A DNA stretch of 63,288 nt, counting the filler, from Octopus bimaculoides (Eukaryota), in the NCBI RefSeq assembly GCF_001194135.2. It is 4 parts of 4 records of this genome, joined end to end, with 100 filler letters (N's around TTAATTAATTAA, not from the genome) between each part and the next. Parts side by side here need not be neighbours in the genome. Positions count along the whole stretch, not along the records: positions 1 to 29,863 come from NC_068981.1; 3 more parts are not named here. One strand, given 5' to 3'. Position numbers and translations under genes: made by a program. A model generated the notes under the pieces. It worked only from the letters and a program-made list of their open reading frames with translations. It ran no database searches and was not told the DNA's origin. Positions 11,718 through 22,779 of the stretch are shown here, in pieces (the stretch's first letter is position 1; every line of letters starts with the position of its first letter).

Positions 11718-12027
11718 AAAGGGTCATGAATGACCATGGAATTGCACCGGCACAAGTCTGGGCAAGGCTATTTGTGAAAGACCAGCAGTCGCCCATGCAT
11801 ACCCACCTTTCCTCTCTACACCACCGATGTTATTCAAGGGAAAGTCAAACGCCGGTACAGCTTGGCACCAGTGATGTTGCAACTCATTTCTGTAGCTGAG
11901 TGAACTGGAGCAACATGAAATAAAGTGTTTTGCTCAAGAACACAACACACAACCCGTCCAGCAATCGAACTCACTACCTCATGATTGTGTGCCCGACGCT
12001 CTAACCACTGAGGCTTGCGCCTTCACT
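11718..12027 (-). mobile_element. tRNA-derived SINE, family E
   Basis: Head GAAGGCGCAAGCCTCAGTGGTTAGAGCG…GAGTTCGATT, then CTTGAGCAAAACACTTTATTTCATGTTGCTCCAGTTCACTCAGCT. A partial relative lies at 22510-22705. Confidence 0.85.
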
Positions 12028-12304
12028 AATATAAGCTTATATGCTATGTTTTATGGGTATATTATCAAGAACTAGGATATATTATTATATTAAAATATAA
12101 GCGTATAAGCTATGTTTTAATATATCTTAGTTCTTGATAATATACCCAAGGGATACGTCTGTGTGTGAGGTATATAAGTGTGTGGGTAGGTGTACTTGTG
12201 TATGCGAGTGGAAGGCGAGCACGTCGGACAAAATGCTTAGCAGCAACATTCTGTTTCTAAGTGTCGCTGAGGTCAGTTTGGTCTTTTATCCATTCGATAC
12301 CGAT

Positions 12305-12470
12305 ATAATAATGATTCCAATTTTGGCACAAGGCCAGAAATTTCGGGGTGGAGGTGGGGAGATATAAGTCGATCACATCAACCCCAGTACTTGACTGGTA
12401 CTTATTTTATCGATCCCGAAAAGATGAAAGGCAAAGTCGACCACAGCTGAATTTGAACTCAGAACGTAAA
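12305..12470 (-). mobile_element. SINE family D lacking its head, joined to GC-rich DNA (12470-12660)
   Basis: Family D core and tail. A degenerate plus-strand D head lies at about 12190-12300. Confidence 0.8.
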
Positions 12471-12664
12471 GGAGATTGTCGTGATCTCAACCACTTCTAC
12501 GTCGGGATAAGCCACCGACACCTAGAGGCCCGGTTTGACAGCGGCCAGGGGGTGGGGGCGGTTTCGGTACTCTTGATTACCCTCGTACGAGAGAGACCTG
12601 CGCGAGTTGGTCGAACCGTCACGGACCATATCACCAGACTTGTGTGGAATATTTTTAACAGCAG

Positions 12665-12765
<101 letters not shown>

Positions 12766-14099
12766 ACACACATATATATATATGTATATGCACGTGTGTG
12801 TGTGAGTATGAATGTATGTATTCTATATATGTATATATGTGTACGCACACATTCATGTATGCGTGCAACTATACGTATATATATATATGTGTGCGTGGTG
12901 AATAGTACATAAATGCTTTTCTATCTATCTATCTAGCTAGCTAGCTAGCTAGCTATATATATATATGCGTGTATGTGCGTGTGTTTGTGTATGTGTGCAT
13001 GGACATACGCACGCACACCACCCAAGCAGGTGGTATACTTTGCCTTAAATTAACCGCATGATGCGTTTGGTGAGTTTATGGATAGACAATGTTGTTTAAA
13101 TTCGTTTTCAGCAAAGATCATCTGTAAAATTATTTTATCTACAACAGTAAACTTAACGTAGTAAATGTTGGTACAGTAAAGCGATGAACAGATAAGTATT
13201 GTCGAAGATATGTTCCATTAAATAAACAGTTTAACTGCTGAACCGCCTAATTGTCGAAAAATCAACAAGGCAGAAGCAAAAGCAAATTCTTGGCTTTGAA
13301 AATCCGAAGTTTCAAACATGTCGGATACCAGATGTATGTAAACACATGCTCTTGATGCTCTTGTTCATATATANNNNNNNNNNNNNNNNNNNNNNNNNNN
13401 NNNNNNNNNNNNNNNNNNNNNNNNNNNNNNNNNNNNNNNNNNNNNNNNNNNNNNNNNNNNNNNNNNNNNNNNNNNNNNNNNNNNNNNNNNNNNNNNNNNN
13501 NNNNNNNNNNNNNNNNNNNNNNNNNNNNNNNNNNNNNNNNNNNNNNNNNNNNNNNNNNNNNNNNNNNNNNNNNNNNNNNNNNNNNNNNNNNNNNNNNNNN
13601 NNNNNNNNNNNNNNNNNNNNNNNNNNNNNNNNNNNNNNNNNNNNNNNNNNNNNNNNNNNNNNNNNNNNNNNNNNNNNNNNNNNNNNNNNNNNNNNNNNNN
13701 NNNNNNNNNNNNNNNNNNNNNNNNNNNNNNNNNNNNNNNNNNNNNNNNNNNNNNNNNNNNNNNNNNNNNNNNNNNNNNNNNNNNNNNNNNNNNNNNNNNN
13801 NNNNNNNNNNNNNNNNNNNNNNNNNNNNNNATTAATGTTTATGTTTGCTTTTATGTTCGGTTATAATAAAAACGATTTTACATTAATCTGCTGGGTTACT
13901 ATATATTTCAGTAGAGTACAAATTTATAATTATTATACAAAGTGATGTTGAAAGTTACTTCGAAGTTCCGGCCAGCTTAGCTAATTGCACATCAATGTAT
14001 ATGCCCTGTTTTTGTTCCCAACTTTGACCTTCCATAAATCCTAAATGTTATTTTGGAATTTATGGGAGCAACTGTAGTTGAAGACTCATATTGTCGTTG

Positions 14100-14275
14100 A
14101 ATGCACGAAATGAGGAGTAGATAGACAGCCGACAACTGATGAAGAGTCGTTCTCTGTGTTTACTTGTCCTGTTTTCCATTTTTCTCTCGTTGTATGCGTA
14201 TTTAACTCGTTTGTTTTCGTATTTCATGTTGTTTACACTGTTGTTGACGTCCTATACCCATATATGCATTCAGTA
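14100..14275 (-). repeat. Unclassified interspersed repeat, possibly Penelope-related; relative at 30060-30180 (+)
   Basis: The rc begins ATGCATATATGGGTATAGGACGTCAACAAC, versus ATGCATATATGGGTACAGGACATCAAAAAA at 30062. Confidence 0.6.
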
Positions 14276-14347
14276 ATCAGACACTCAACCGAAGTGCTGA
14301 TTTAGGCCAGCACTTCGGTTTGCAATCGTATGAAGATCCTGCTGTAC

Positions 14348-14558
14348 CAGGATCTTCATACGATTGATCTGCCACCAGCGATCTACGCAGGAGACACTTG
14401 GAAAATGATTGCCAAGATCAATCTGAGGTTGAATGTATTTCACTAATGGTATTTACGCAAAATATTCAAGATCATCTACAGGGACTTAACTACAAACTCT
14501 GAAGTCCTGAGAAGAGCCAATCAATGTAGCCAGCAGGAGACTGTGACAGAAAAAAAGA
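14348..14558 (+). mobile_element. RTE-clade LINE fragment
   Basis: Reads LHTIDLPPAIYAGDTWKMIAKINLRLNVFH*WYLRKIFKIIYRDLTTNSEVLRRANQ, matching the PTAIYA.ETW…LDVFH..CLR.IL.I.YRD..TN.EVL.RA pattern. Confidence 0.8.
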
Positions 14559-14559
14559 G

Positions 14560-14748
14560 TTGGGGAGATATAAGTCGATCACATCAACCCCAGTACTTGA
14601 CTGGAACTTATTTTATCGATCCCGAAAAGATGAAAGGCAAAGTCGACCACAGCTGAATTTGAACTCAGAACGTAAAGGAGATTGTCGTGATCTCAACCAC
14701 TTCTACGTCGGGATAAGCCACCGACACCTAGAGGCCCGGTTTGACAGC
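14560..14748 (-). repeat. Near-identical duplicate of 12355-12541 (SINE D piece plus its flank)
   Basis: About 188 bp with one visible substitution (CTGGTACTT vs CTGGAACTT). Confidence 0.9.
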
Positions 14749-15606
14749 TCTAAAAAGAGTACCAGCAGGTGAGTCCAGCTACCAGCTCAAGCCCCGTTGC
14801 TCGTCAGGTTGCGAAGGGCAAACTGTCAAAATATCGGTCGCTCTCTAATAGGTTTGTAGTCGAGACTGTGACAATAAAGACCTCCAGCATTCTAGGCTTC
14901 TGGACCGCATCCAAGTGTGAGCCTTGTAAGTCAGAGTGGCTGTTCCAGCACATTTCCCTTGCTCTGGGGCATCGCCTTTTCCATTTGGTCTGTTGGGATT
15001 ATGAGGCGGACTGACATGCCTTTTTAGATATCACTTGTTACCTATTAGTGACTCGAATATTAAAGTGAAAGTGTATTTAACTGGTTTCAAGATCGTAACC
15101 ACTTATTAAGAACAAACGCATTTTACCAAAGAAACATAAAAAAAAACAGAGAGAAAATAGAATTTGACAAGCTGCTTTCTATCACGGTAAATTCAATGCT
15201 GTGTCGACATTGTCTTGGGAATAGAGTGAAGTTCAGAGCCAGGTTTCGCATTAACACAAACTTCAAATTTGAAATGTGTTAAATGGATTATTAACTTTGT
15301 TTAATTTTAATATGGTCAAAAATAAAATAGTAAAAGTTAATTTTGCTTTACAGCCATAATTGGATTATATTTTTAAAATTAATTAAATGTGGATGGCGTT
15401 CGTAACAAGTCACAACACATCACCACATATATACACACACACACACACACACATGGGGAAAGAGAGTGAAAGGGAGAGAGGTGGAAGATTTTTAATGTTG
15501 GTTACAAACACAGTGTTACGAAAATCTGTCTTTTTATGATTTCATAATTTTCTTTCAATATAAATTTGTAACGCTGTATTTCTAGTAATAAATGTAATAT
15601 ACATTT

Positions 15607-15661
<55 letters not shown>

Positions 15662-16559
15662 CTTGTAGCTAAAAATAACTCTGTACTTATGATGAATATA
15701 ACAGTAGCTCAATGTGTTTGTATCATTGATTTAATTAGTCTTGATTCATAACATTCCATGTCTTTCAATAGGAATAAATATATATATTTCTTGTGGCTGA
15801 CGGCGTAACAAACTTATTAAAAATCTCATTAAAAAGTTTACCATTCGTTAATAACAAATCCTTCTGGCTAACCCACCTCTCTCTCTCTCTCTCTCTTTCT
15901 CTCTCTGAATATCAACATACAACATGCATCTGAAACTTCAGTTAACTGTCAATTGGTAAATGCCTGTAGTACTTAAGTGTAGATGAATGACGGCAGATGG
16001 CAAAGAAGACACACTTTTCTATAAGTAGTTCAGGGGTAAATATACAAACAACAGCTATAGAATTCTATATATAATTTAGTATAAATTATGAACAGTTAAG
16101 TTAAGGCCAACGGATTTGTATAGCGAGGTGGGAGTCTAATTCATTGATACTTCTACTGTACTGATGAAAAGGAAATAATAGCTCACTAACTAACATTAAC
16201 TATATCTGATCTTGACAAGTATAGGAAGCAATTACAGTCTTAGAAGAAAACCCAGTGTTCCATCTTTCATTTAAAATAATAATGCGGCACGACGTAAAAA
16301 TAGTTTGTCAGACGACGAGGCTCAACGTAGTCCATTGATTAAGGTGTAATAGTAAGACAATAGAAACATAACTACAGGAACATAGCTATGGTAATTAAAA
16401 AGGTTTAAATATGCTATAGTGGATACCTGTATTTGTTTGCGGCGGGTGAATGATGAAGTAAAAAAAGATATTATTATCATTATTTGCTTGTATTGCGAAT
16501 ATTATTAGAAAATAAGCAGTTTACTGATAGAATCGTAGTCACCATCCTGCCTTTACACA

Positions 16560-16772
16560 TTCTTTCTGTTATAGGCACAAGGCATGAAGTTTGTTGTGAG
16601 GAGAGGCTAGTCGATTACATTCACCCGTGTATAACTGGTACTTGTTTTATCGACCCCGAAAGTACGAAAGGTAAAATCAACCTCGGAGAAATTTGAACAC
16701 AACGCAAGGTCGGATGAGATAATGCTAAGCATTTTGTCCGGCGTACCAAGGATTCTGCCAGTTCGCTGCCTT
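16560..16772 (-). mobile_element. SINE family D, diverged
   Basis: GTCGATTACAT…ACTGGTACTT…ATCGACCCCGAAAG…ATTCTGCCAGTTCGCTGCC. Confidence 0.8.
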
Positions 16773-16779
16773 ACACTGC

Positions 16780-17005
16780 CCTCACATATCAAAGATTCTA
16801 ACCATGCCCGTCTTTTCCGGACCCTCGCAATCCCTATTCACAAAGAATCTTAAATTCCTATACACTGTCATTCTACATGAGCCTTAGAATATATCTTTCA
16901 CCACCACTCTTCATTTGAGCCCAGTCCTAACAACCTTCTCTGTCTAGCTGGACTAGTCCCTCTCGCCGGAGTTCTAATAACAAGCCAGTGAGGTGACCAA
17001 AGATG
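16780..17005 (-). mobile_element. Probable RTE 3' fragment
   Basis: The minus strand gives GHLT…TPARGTSPARQRR and IGIARVRKRRAW, resembling RTE WTP..G.R..GRP…W..IARDR..W. Confidence 0.4.
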
Positions 17006-17019
17006 GTGTCTAGTTTTGC

Positions 17020-17235
17020 CAAGGGGTGCTAAAAAGTCCCTGGCTTTGGGTAAAAGAAAATACAGGAGGATCAGTTAATTATGATTTTATTCAACGTTTT
17101 CCCGTCTCAGATTCAAGCACTTATTGCAGCGGCCCTTCAGTTTTTCTAAGCCTTGTAAAAGAACTCGAAATGTTGGGGTCCCAACCAGGCCTTTCGAGAT
17201 ACCCTTAAAGCCAGGAACTTTCCAGCACCCCTTTG
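17020..17235. mobile_element. Mariner-type MITE
   Basis: About 28-bp imperfect TIRs: CAAGGGGTGCTAAAAAGTCCCTGGCTTT and AAAGCCAGGAACTTTCCAGCACCCCTTTG. TA follows the right end. Confidence 0.75.
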
Positions 17236-17877
17236 TATATTCAGTTTGATGGATATAAAACTAAGGATTAGCAATCTGAATATAAAACAATAATGATATA
17301 CTTGTGTATGTATTGTGTATACGAGCGTGTGTGCATTTATATGTATATGCAGTTCTTGTGGATAGTTTATCTGCTTCTATGTTCTATTTTTATATTTTAA
17401 CCCTCTACCACCACGCAACCTCTTGTCATAGACTACAGCACTTTTCTATCCTTTCTCTGTACGTTTTTGTCTCACTTTTCTGAGCACTCCACTCAGTTCT
17501 ATTTCCTCATAGCCTAACTGTTCTTCAAAATTATTTTTAACCGTCTAATATCTGTTGATTCATTATTCCGAACATTCACCTTCTCCCATCTCTCTTTCCC
17601 TTATTCTGTATGGCCATGTATATGTTCTGTTGTTCCTCGTCTCTTTGCCTAGTTATTTTACTCATCCCACGCGGCACTTACGTAGCCCTCACTATTTCAA
17701 CTAACCTAGATCTGGCTACAAATTTTCACTCTTCTCACAATCTACATCCTCCTACGTAGAACAGCTCGTACGCTACTCGCATCACATCCGACTCTCTTCA
17801 TACAGACTCTAACTTTTTTTCCCTCTCTCACTCCCCAGCAAAGACTTTATTATGTTTATTTCTGCATCTGCACTATT

Positions 17878-18219
17878 GCTTATTGTTGGCACTCCGTCGC
17901 TTACGACGTCGAGGGTTCCAGTTGATCCGATCAACGGAACAGCCTGCTCGTGAAATTAACGTGCAAGTGGCTGAGCACTCCACAGACACGTGTACCCTTA
18001 ACGTAGTTCTCGGGGATATTCAGTGTGACACAGTGTGACAAGGCTGACCCTTTTAATAACAGGCACAACAGAAACAGGAAGAAAGAGTGAGAGAAAGTTG
18101 TGGTGAAAGAGTACAGCAGGGTTCGCCACCACCCCTACCGGAGCCTCGTGGAGCTTTAGGTGTTTTCGCTCAATAAACACTCACAACGCCCGGTCTGGGA
18201 ATCGAAACCGCGATCCTAC
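17878..18219 (-). mobile_element. SINE family B; head cut by the gap
   Basis: High identity to 2478-2820. Confidence 0.9.
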
Positions 18220-18831
18220 NNNNNNNNNNNNNNNNNNNNNNNNNNNNNNNNNNNNNNNNNNNNNNNNNNNNNNNNNNNNNNNNNNNNNNNNNNNNNNNNN
18301 NNNNNNNNNNNNNNNNNNNNNNNNNNNNNNNNNNNNNNNNNNNNNNNNNNNNNNNNNNNNNNNNNNNNNNNNNNNNNNNNNNNNNNNNNNNNNNNNNNNN
18401 NNNNNNNNNNNNNNNNNNNNNNNNNNNNNNNNNNNNNNNNNNNNNNNNNNNNNNNNNNNNNNNNNNNNNNNNNNNNNNNNNNNNNNNNNNNNNNNNNNNN
18501 NNNNNNNNNNNNNNNNNNNNNNNNNNNNNNNNNNNNNNNNNNNNNNNNNNNNNNNNNNNNNNNNNNNNNNNNNNNNNNNNNNNNNNNNNNNNNNNNNNNN
18601 NNNNNNNNNNNNNNNNNNNNNNNNNNNNNNNNNNNNNNNNNNNNNNNNNNNNNNNNNNNNNNNNNNNNNNNNNNNNNNNNNNNNNNNNNNNNNNNNNNNN
18701 NNNNNNNNNNNNNNNNNNNNNNNNNNNNNNNNNNNNNNNNNNNNNNNNNNNNNNNNNNNNNNNNNNNNNNNNNNNNNNNNNNNNNNNNNNNNNNNNNNNN
18801 NNNNNNNNNNNNNNNNNNNNNNNNNNNNNNN

Positions 18832-18878
<47 letters not shown>

Positions 18879-20139
18879 TCACCCTCCTTCCTTCCTTCCC
18901 TCTCTGCTTCTCCTTCTCCTTCTCCCCTTCTTCTCTCTCGCTCTCCTTCTTCTCTCTCGCTCTCCTTCTTCTCTCACCCTTTCCTCTCCCCCTCCTTTCT
19001 CTCCCTCCCTACCTCTGAAGGACTTTGTGTCCAAAACGTCAGACTTTCCTTCTTTCCTACAACATAAAATATATTCTACTATTTAAATAGTTTTTTTTTT
19101 CTGACTCTGTCTTCACTGGATTCTACGGTTTTACTAACCTTGTAATTGATTTCCGTATAAATTAAGTTTTGTTTTGTTTATAATGGAAATATCTATTATC
19201 TTAGCTATCAATTAGTCCTTTCAGACATAAATTATTTCTAAATACTGGAAAAGAGCTTACATGATTTAAAACGGCTCCATTAGTGAATTGATTATAACAA
19301 CAGAATATGTCACACGCGAAAATATACAGGTTACGGTAACATCTTTGGAAAATTGCCATTTCCAGAAAAACTCATTTAAGTTTTTCGGGTAACATTCCAC
19401 AAGTGAATGTGAAATATGACTTTTTAAAATTGTAATTATGGTTGGCTCTCGGAAATCTTAATTATAAATCTTAATGACATGTTTATAACATTCAGTAAAA
19501 ATATTATTCTGAACAAGAATTATGTGAAGAGAGAATATAACTGTATGTACGCTCGTACCAGACTATTAGAAACGGTGTTATTATTCAGTTTTCTGCTAGC
19601 TCTGAACTCACTCCAATATCGGCTACATACGTATTCATATACGATATTATAGGCTTAAACGAGTTTGCGAATTGTCCGGTAAATGTGATGAGGAAAAATG
19701 GCGAATATACGTGGAAAAGTAGTCTTGTTTTGTTAAAAAGAAAAACTACGTTTAATAAGAACACTAAGCAATTTCAGATATGCCCAACTTTAGCAAGGTT
19801 AAACGTTTGACGAGCAAAACGAACAAGCCCTAATGGTCCCTGTTCATCCTCTGTTAAAACAAAACCGTACTGTACAATTTCAGATAGAAGCAGAAGCTTG
19901 TAGGGAGGCAGGCCATTTTTGTTGCAGTAGTTTCCATTTGATTGTCATAATCAGTATCACCACAATCAGCTATTGAAGACGCCCCACTCACGCAATTCAA
20001 CCAATGAATTTTACGTTTCCTTAGCGGAACATTTGGAATCCAGGAACGTTCTTTTCGGCCTATTTGGTTTAATGCTTTTTGACTCCGATCATAATTACTA
20101 AACCTACAATTATGGATTTTTATTTCTATGCTCAAAGTA

Positions 20140-20358
20140 AGAGGTAAGCGGGCAGAACCGTTTGCGCGCTGGACAAAATGCTTAGAAGCATTTCTTCCGG
20201 CACTTTACGTTCTAAGCTTAAATCATTCTGAAGTTAACTTTGCCTTTCATTCCTTTTGGTGTCGATAAAATAAACTACCAGTCAAGTATGGGGGTCGATG
20301 TAATCGACCTGCTTCCCCCCCCCCCCAAATTGCTTGTCTTGTACTAAAATTAGAAATA
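20140..20358 (+). mobile_element. SINE family D, diverged
   Basis: GGCAGAACCGTT…AAATGCTTAG…TTTGCCTTTCATTCC…GTCGATAAAATAAACTACCAG…GGGGTCGATGTAATCGAC. Confidence 0.8.
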
Positions 20359-20699
20359 AGTTTTATGAGCAAAGTATAATGGAAATTCAAAAATACTGCA
20401 TATTAGAGTTATAAAAAACGCGTTTTTAACAAGGATTTTGTAATTGGAGAAATGCTTTTTAGCTCATTGGGCAAAATAATTCTCTGAATGCTGCTGCGCT
20501 GTTATTGAAATGAGTATACTCTTTCCTAAATGTAATAACATTATAGAATCGTTGAAAGAAAACAGATGTAAACAAAGTTAGCGTCAGCAGAATTTGAGCT
20601 CTGAACGTAAATGCAGAGTAAAAATTACTGAGTTAAAATTACCGGTAGGGAATAACCATACAAGAAAATGTAGAATCATCTAGATTGTATGACTTAGTA

Positions 20700-21835
20700 C
20701 AAATGAAAAAGCTTAGTCCAATCTTGTTAGATAGTTCAACAAAGCTAGTGTAGATAAGTATCTGAGCCAAGGTTTATGTAATTAACTGTTTTTAATGGCG
20801 GCTGAATTTGTAATAATTTGTACTTGGTGAATAGGCACAATTATTGCTGGAAGACTTTCTGATGCATTCAACGAAGAGCAACTTACTTTATGATCACCCA
20901 TGAGAAATATCTTTGGGTATTTTGTTTTGTTTTCCACGCATAACATCTCCTACAATATTTTCAGCTGTCATAGACGCACTCTCAAGACTGCAGCTACAGT
21001 TAAGCAACCGCAAAAGCGGAGTGGGTGGGGATTCGGCAGTTCGAACAACATGCTCGGTAAAAATCTGGGGTACCGAAGCGTTCGGATGAACTACAGCTGA
21101 AAGGTTTAGCAACACATTGGGTGTATAATTCAAATCTGAGCGTGAATGAAGCTGAAATACAACTTATGACAATATCTGATTTGAATAACAGTAAACGGAG
21201 TGTTGCTTTTTTAAGTATTCGCCAAGGAAGAAAAATTTGCTAGGTAAGTTGGGTAAAAAAAGATGGAAGCGTCTGAAAATAAATTACCACCTATCATATC
21301 TTTTGAGTGCTACAAGATATAGGATAAACGTTGCTTGCTCATGATGAGCTGATAATAATTATTCAGTCCTATTCGACCGCTGGCCAAAATGTGTACCGAT
21401 ACAATTGGTTGTTGATATTCAGAGCCGTATAGGTAATTGAACGCGAAGCTCAAATGGGAAGCTTTAATTTCATCTTCGGAGTAACCTTCAGTTAGCTCTT
21501 GTGTTTGTATAAAAATTGTTTATAAAAATCATTGCAAGTAGCTAAAATATAAACAACTTGGTAGAAAACGGCTTAGATTACAAAACATATTTTGAACGAT
21601 ATGACGTACGAAGATTTATTGTGATATCCTCTGTGATATCACAAGTAAGACACGTCATGTTGTCTCGGAGCATGTATTGCTTTTAGAAGAAGTGAAATTG
21701 GAATCGAGGAAGGTACATTTCTGTTGATAGCTGAAAACCATATGAGAAGTATATTTGGAGGCCGAGAGTATGATAATCTTTTCTGTCGGTCAACACTTTG
21801 CTCAGACGAGTTGCAATCATTAATCTCTGGACATT
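20700..21835 (-). pseudogene. Probable highly decayed cGLR/Mab-21-like nucleotidyltransferase pseudogene (copy 2)
   Basis: Motifs appear in the expected order across stops and frameshifts: YHTLGLQIYFSYGFQL..MYLP (21776-21730), ATFIL (about 21330), CVAKPF (about 21110), CSC…*QLKIL (about 20960), SWVIIK/LLFVEC (about 20880). Confidence 0.45.
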
Positions 21836-21844
21836 ACTGTCTCA

Positions 21845-22030
21845 ATACAGTTCTATATTTAAGAGATGAGGAATTATGTACATTATTTACATTATTTACA
21901 TTTAACGGATATTTGTCCTCATCTTGTTTGTTGTTAACACCACGCTTCGGCTGATATACTCTCCAGCCTTCATCAGGTGTCTTGGAGAAAATTGGAACCT
22001 GGTTTCTCATTCTTAAGGGATTTTTTCGAT
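21845..22030 (-). mobile_element. Penelope-like terminal-repeat fragment carrying a hammerhead-like motif
   Basis: rc GACACCTGATGAAGGCTGGAGAGTATATCAGCCGAAGCGTGGTGTT. The CTGATGA-stem-GAA(A) layout is typical of Penelope-like element termini. Confidence 0.55.
21936..21981 (-). ncRNA. Degenerate minimal type I hammerhead ribozyme
   Basis: Stem I GACAC/GUGUU, core CUGAUGA, stem II GGCUG/CAGCC. GAAG replaces GAAA and a G occupies the cleavage (H) position, so this copy is probably inactive. Confidence 0.55.
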
Positions 22031-22034
22031 GTTA

Positions 22035-22345
22035 TTATTATTATTTTATGTTTGACTTTTGTTTTGCATTTGTACAAGCTGGATCCAAGTCTCACCCAGA
22101 GACCTCAAGAGACAACAAGTTAGAAGTTCATGTAGGTGTTATGCCTAGGGTACCATATATTTGGATTTGTACATAGTGTTGTTCTAGAGAATGTTTAAGA
22201 AACCATAAGAAAATTGTGTTTGTTTTAAAATTTGAACTTTTGAACTTCAGCCATTTTGGGGTTTCCTGGTATCTGAGCTAGGTAGTAATCAGCCCGTTTC
22301 GCTGTCATTCCCAGGGAACCTATGACAATAGGTATTGTTTTAGTC
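22035..22345 (-). mobile_element. R4/Dong LINE extreme 3' end, same family as 8915-9871
   Basis: Reads KTKTIPIVIGSLGMTAKRADYYLAQIPGNPKMAEVQK, followed by the matching 3' UTR and a short (TAA)n tail. Confidence 0.9.
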
Positions 22346-22424
<79 letters not shown>

Positions 22425-22499
22425 TAATATTCAGGTCACTGCCTGGAATCGAACTCGGAATCCTGGGCTTAGTAGCCCGCGCGCTTAACCACTACACCA
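22345..22499 (-). mobile_element. Minimal tRNA-like SINE / tRNA retropseudogene with long (AAT)n tail
   Basis: rc TGGTGTAGTGGTTAAGCGCGCGGGCTACTAAGCCCAGGATTCCGAGTTCGATTCCAGGCAGTGACCTGA then (AAT)n. It has box A/B-like motifs and a GGGCT-ACTA-AGCCC arm, but no clean acceptor stem. Confidence 0.75.
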
Positions 22500-22509
22500 G
22501 TTTTCATGG

Positions 22510-22705
22510 TGTATAAGTGACCGAGGTCACAACATTCCCTTTGAACAGGACACCTGTTCGTTGCAGAGTTACTCATTTATAGCAGTGTGGACTGGAGCAA
22601 CATGAAATGAAGTGCTTTGCTCAAGAATACAGCATACCACCTGGTCTGGGAATCGAAACTATACTCTTCCGATTGTGAGAGCAACACCTTAATCACTAGG
22701 CCGCA
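22510..22705 (-). mobile_element. SINE family E-related fragment
   Basis: GGACTGGAGCAACATGAAATGAAGTGCTTTGCTCAAGAA…GGGAATCGAAAC…CTTAATCACTAGGCC. Confidence 0.75.
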
Positions 22706-22779
22706 CGATTTTACTTAGATGAGTTAAAATGTATATTCAAGGCTGGAGAAATCACTTGTAAAGACATTGAGAGCATCTG

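Noticed and set aside
12470-12545. CRDLNHFYVGISHRHLEARF resembling a GIY-YIG YVG…L..R motif
   Set aside because: There is no upstream GIY strand or downstream conserved Glu/Asn context. The GC-rich segment could equally be LINE 5' non-coding DNA on the other strand.
19854-20135. 93-aa minus-strand ORF
   Set aside because: No recognisable domain, its start overlaps a SINE boundary, and the splice signals are weak.
20894-21133. ORF with a cadherin-like look (VPQIFTEHVVRTAESPPTPLLRLL)
   Set aside because: It lacks the DxD/DxNDN calcium-binding motifs and is closed by stops. The region is better explained by mixed-frame Mab-21-like motifs.
22431-22499. Possible genuine tRNA gene
   Set aside because: There is no proper acceptor stem or oligo-T terminator, and it is directly followed by an (AAT)n retroposition tail; treated as a SINE/pseudogene.
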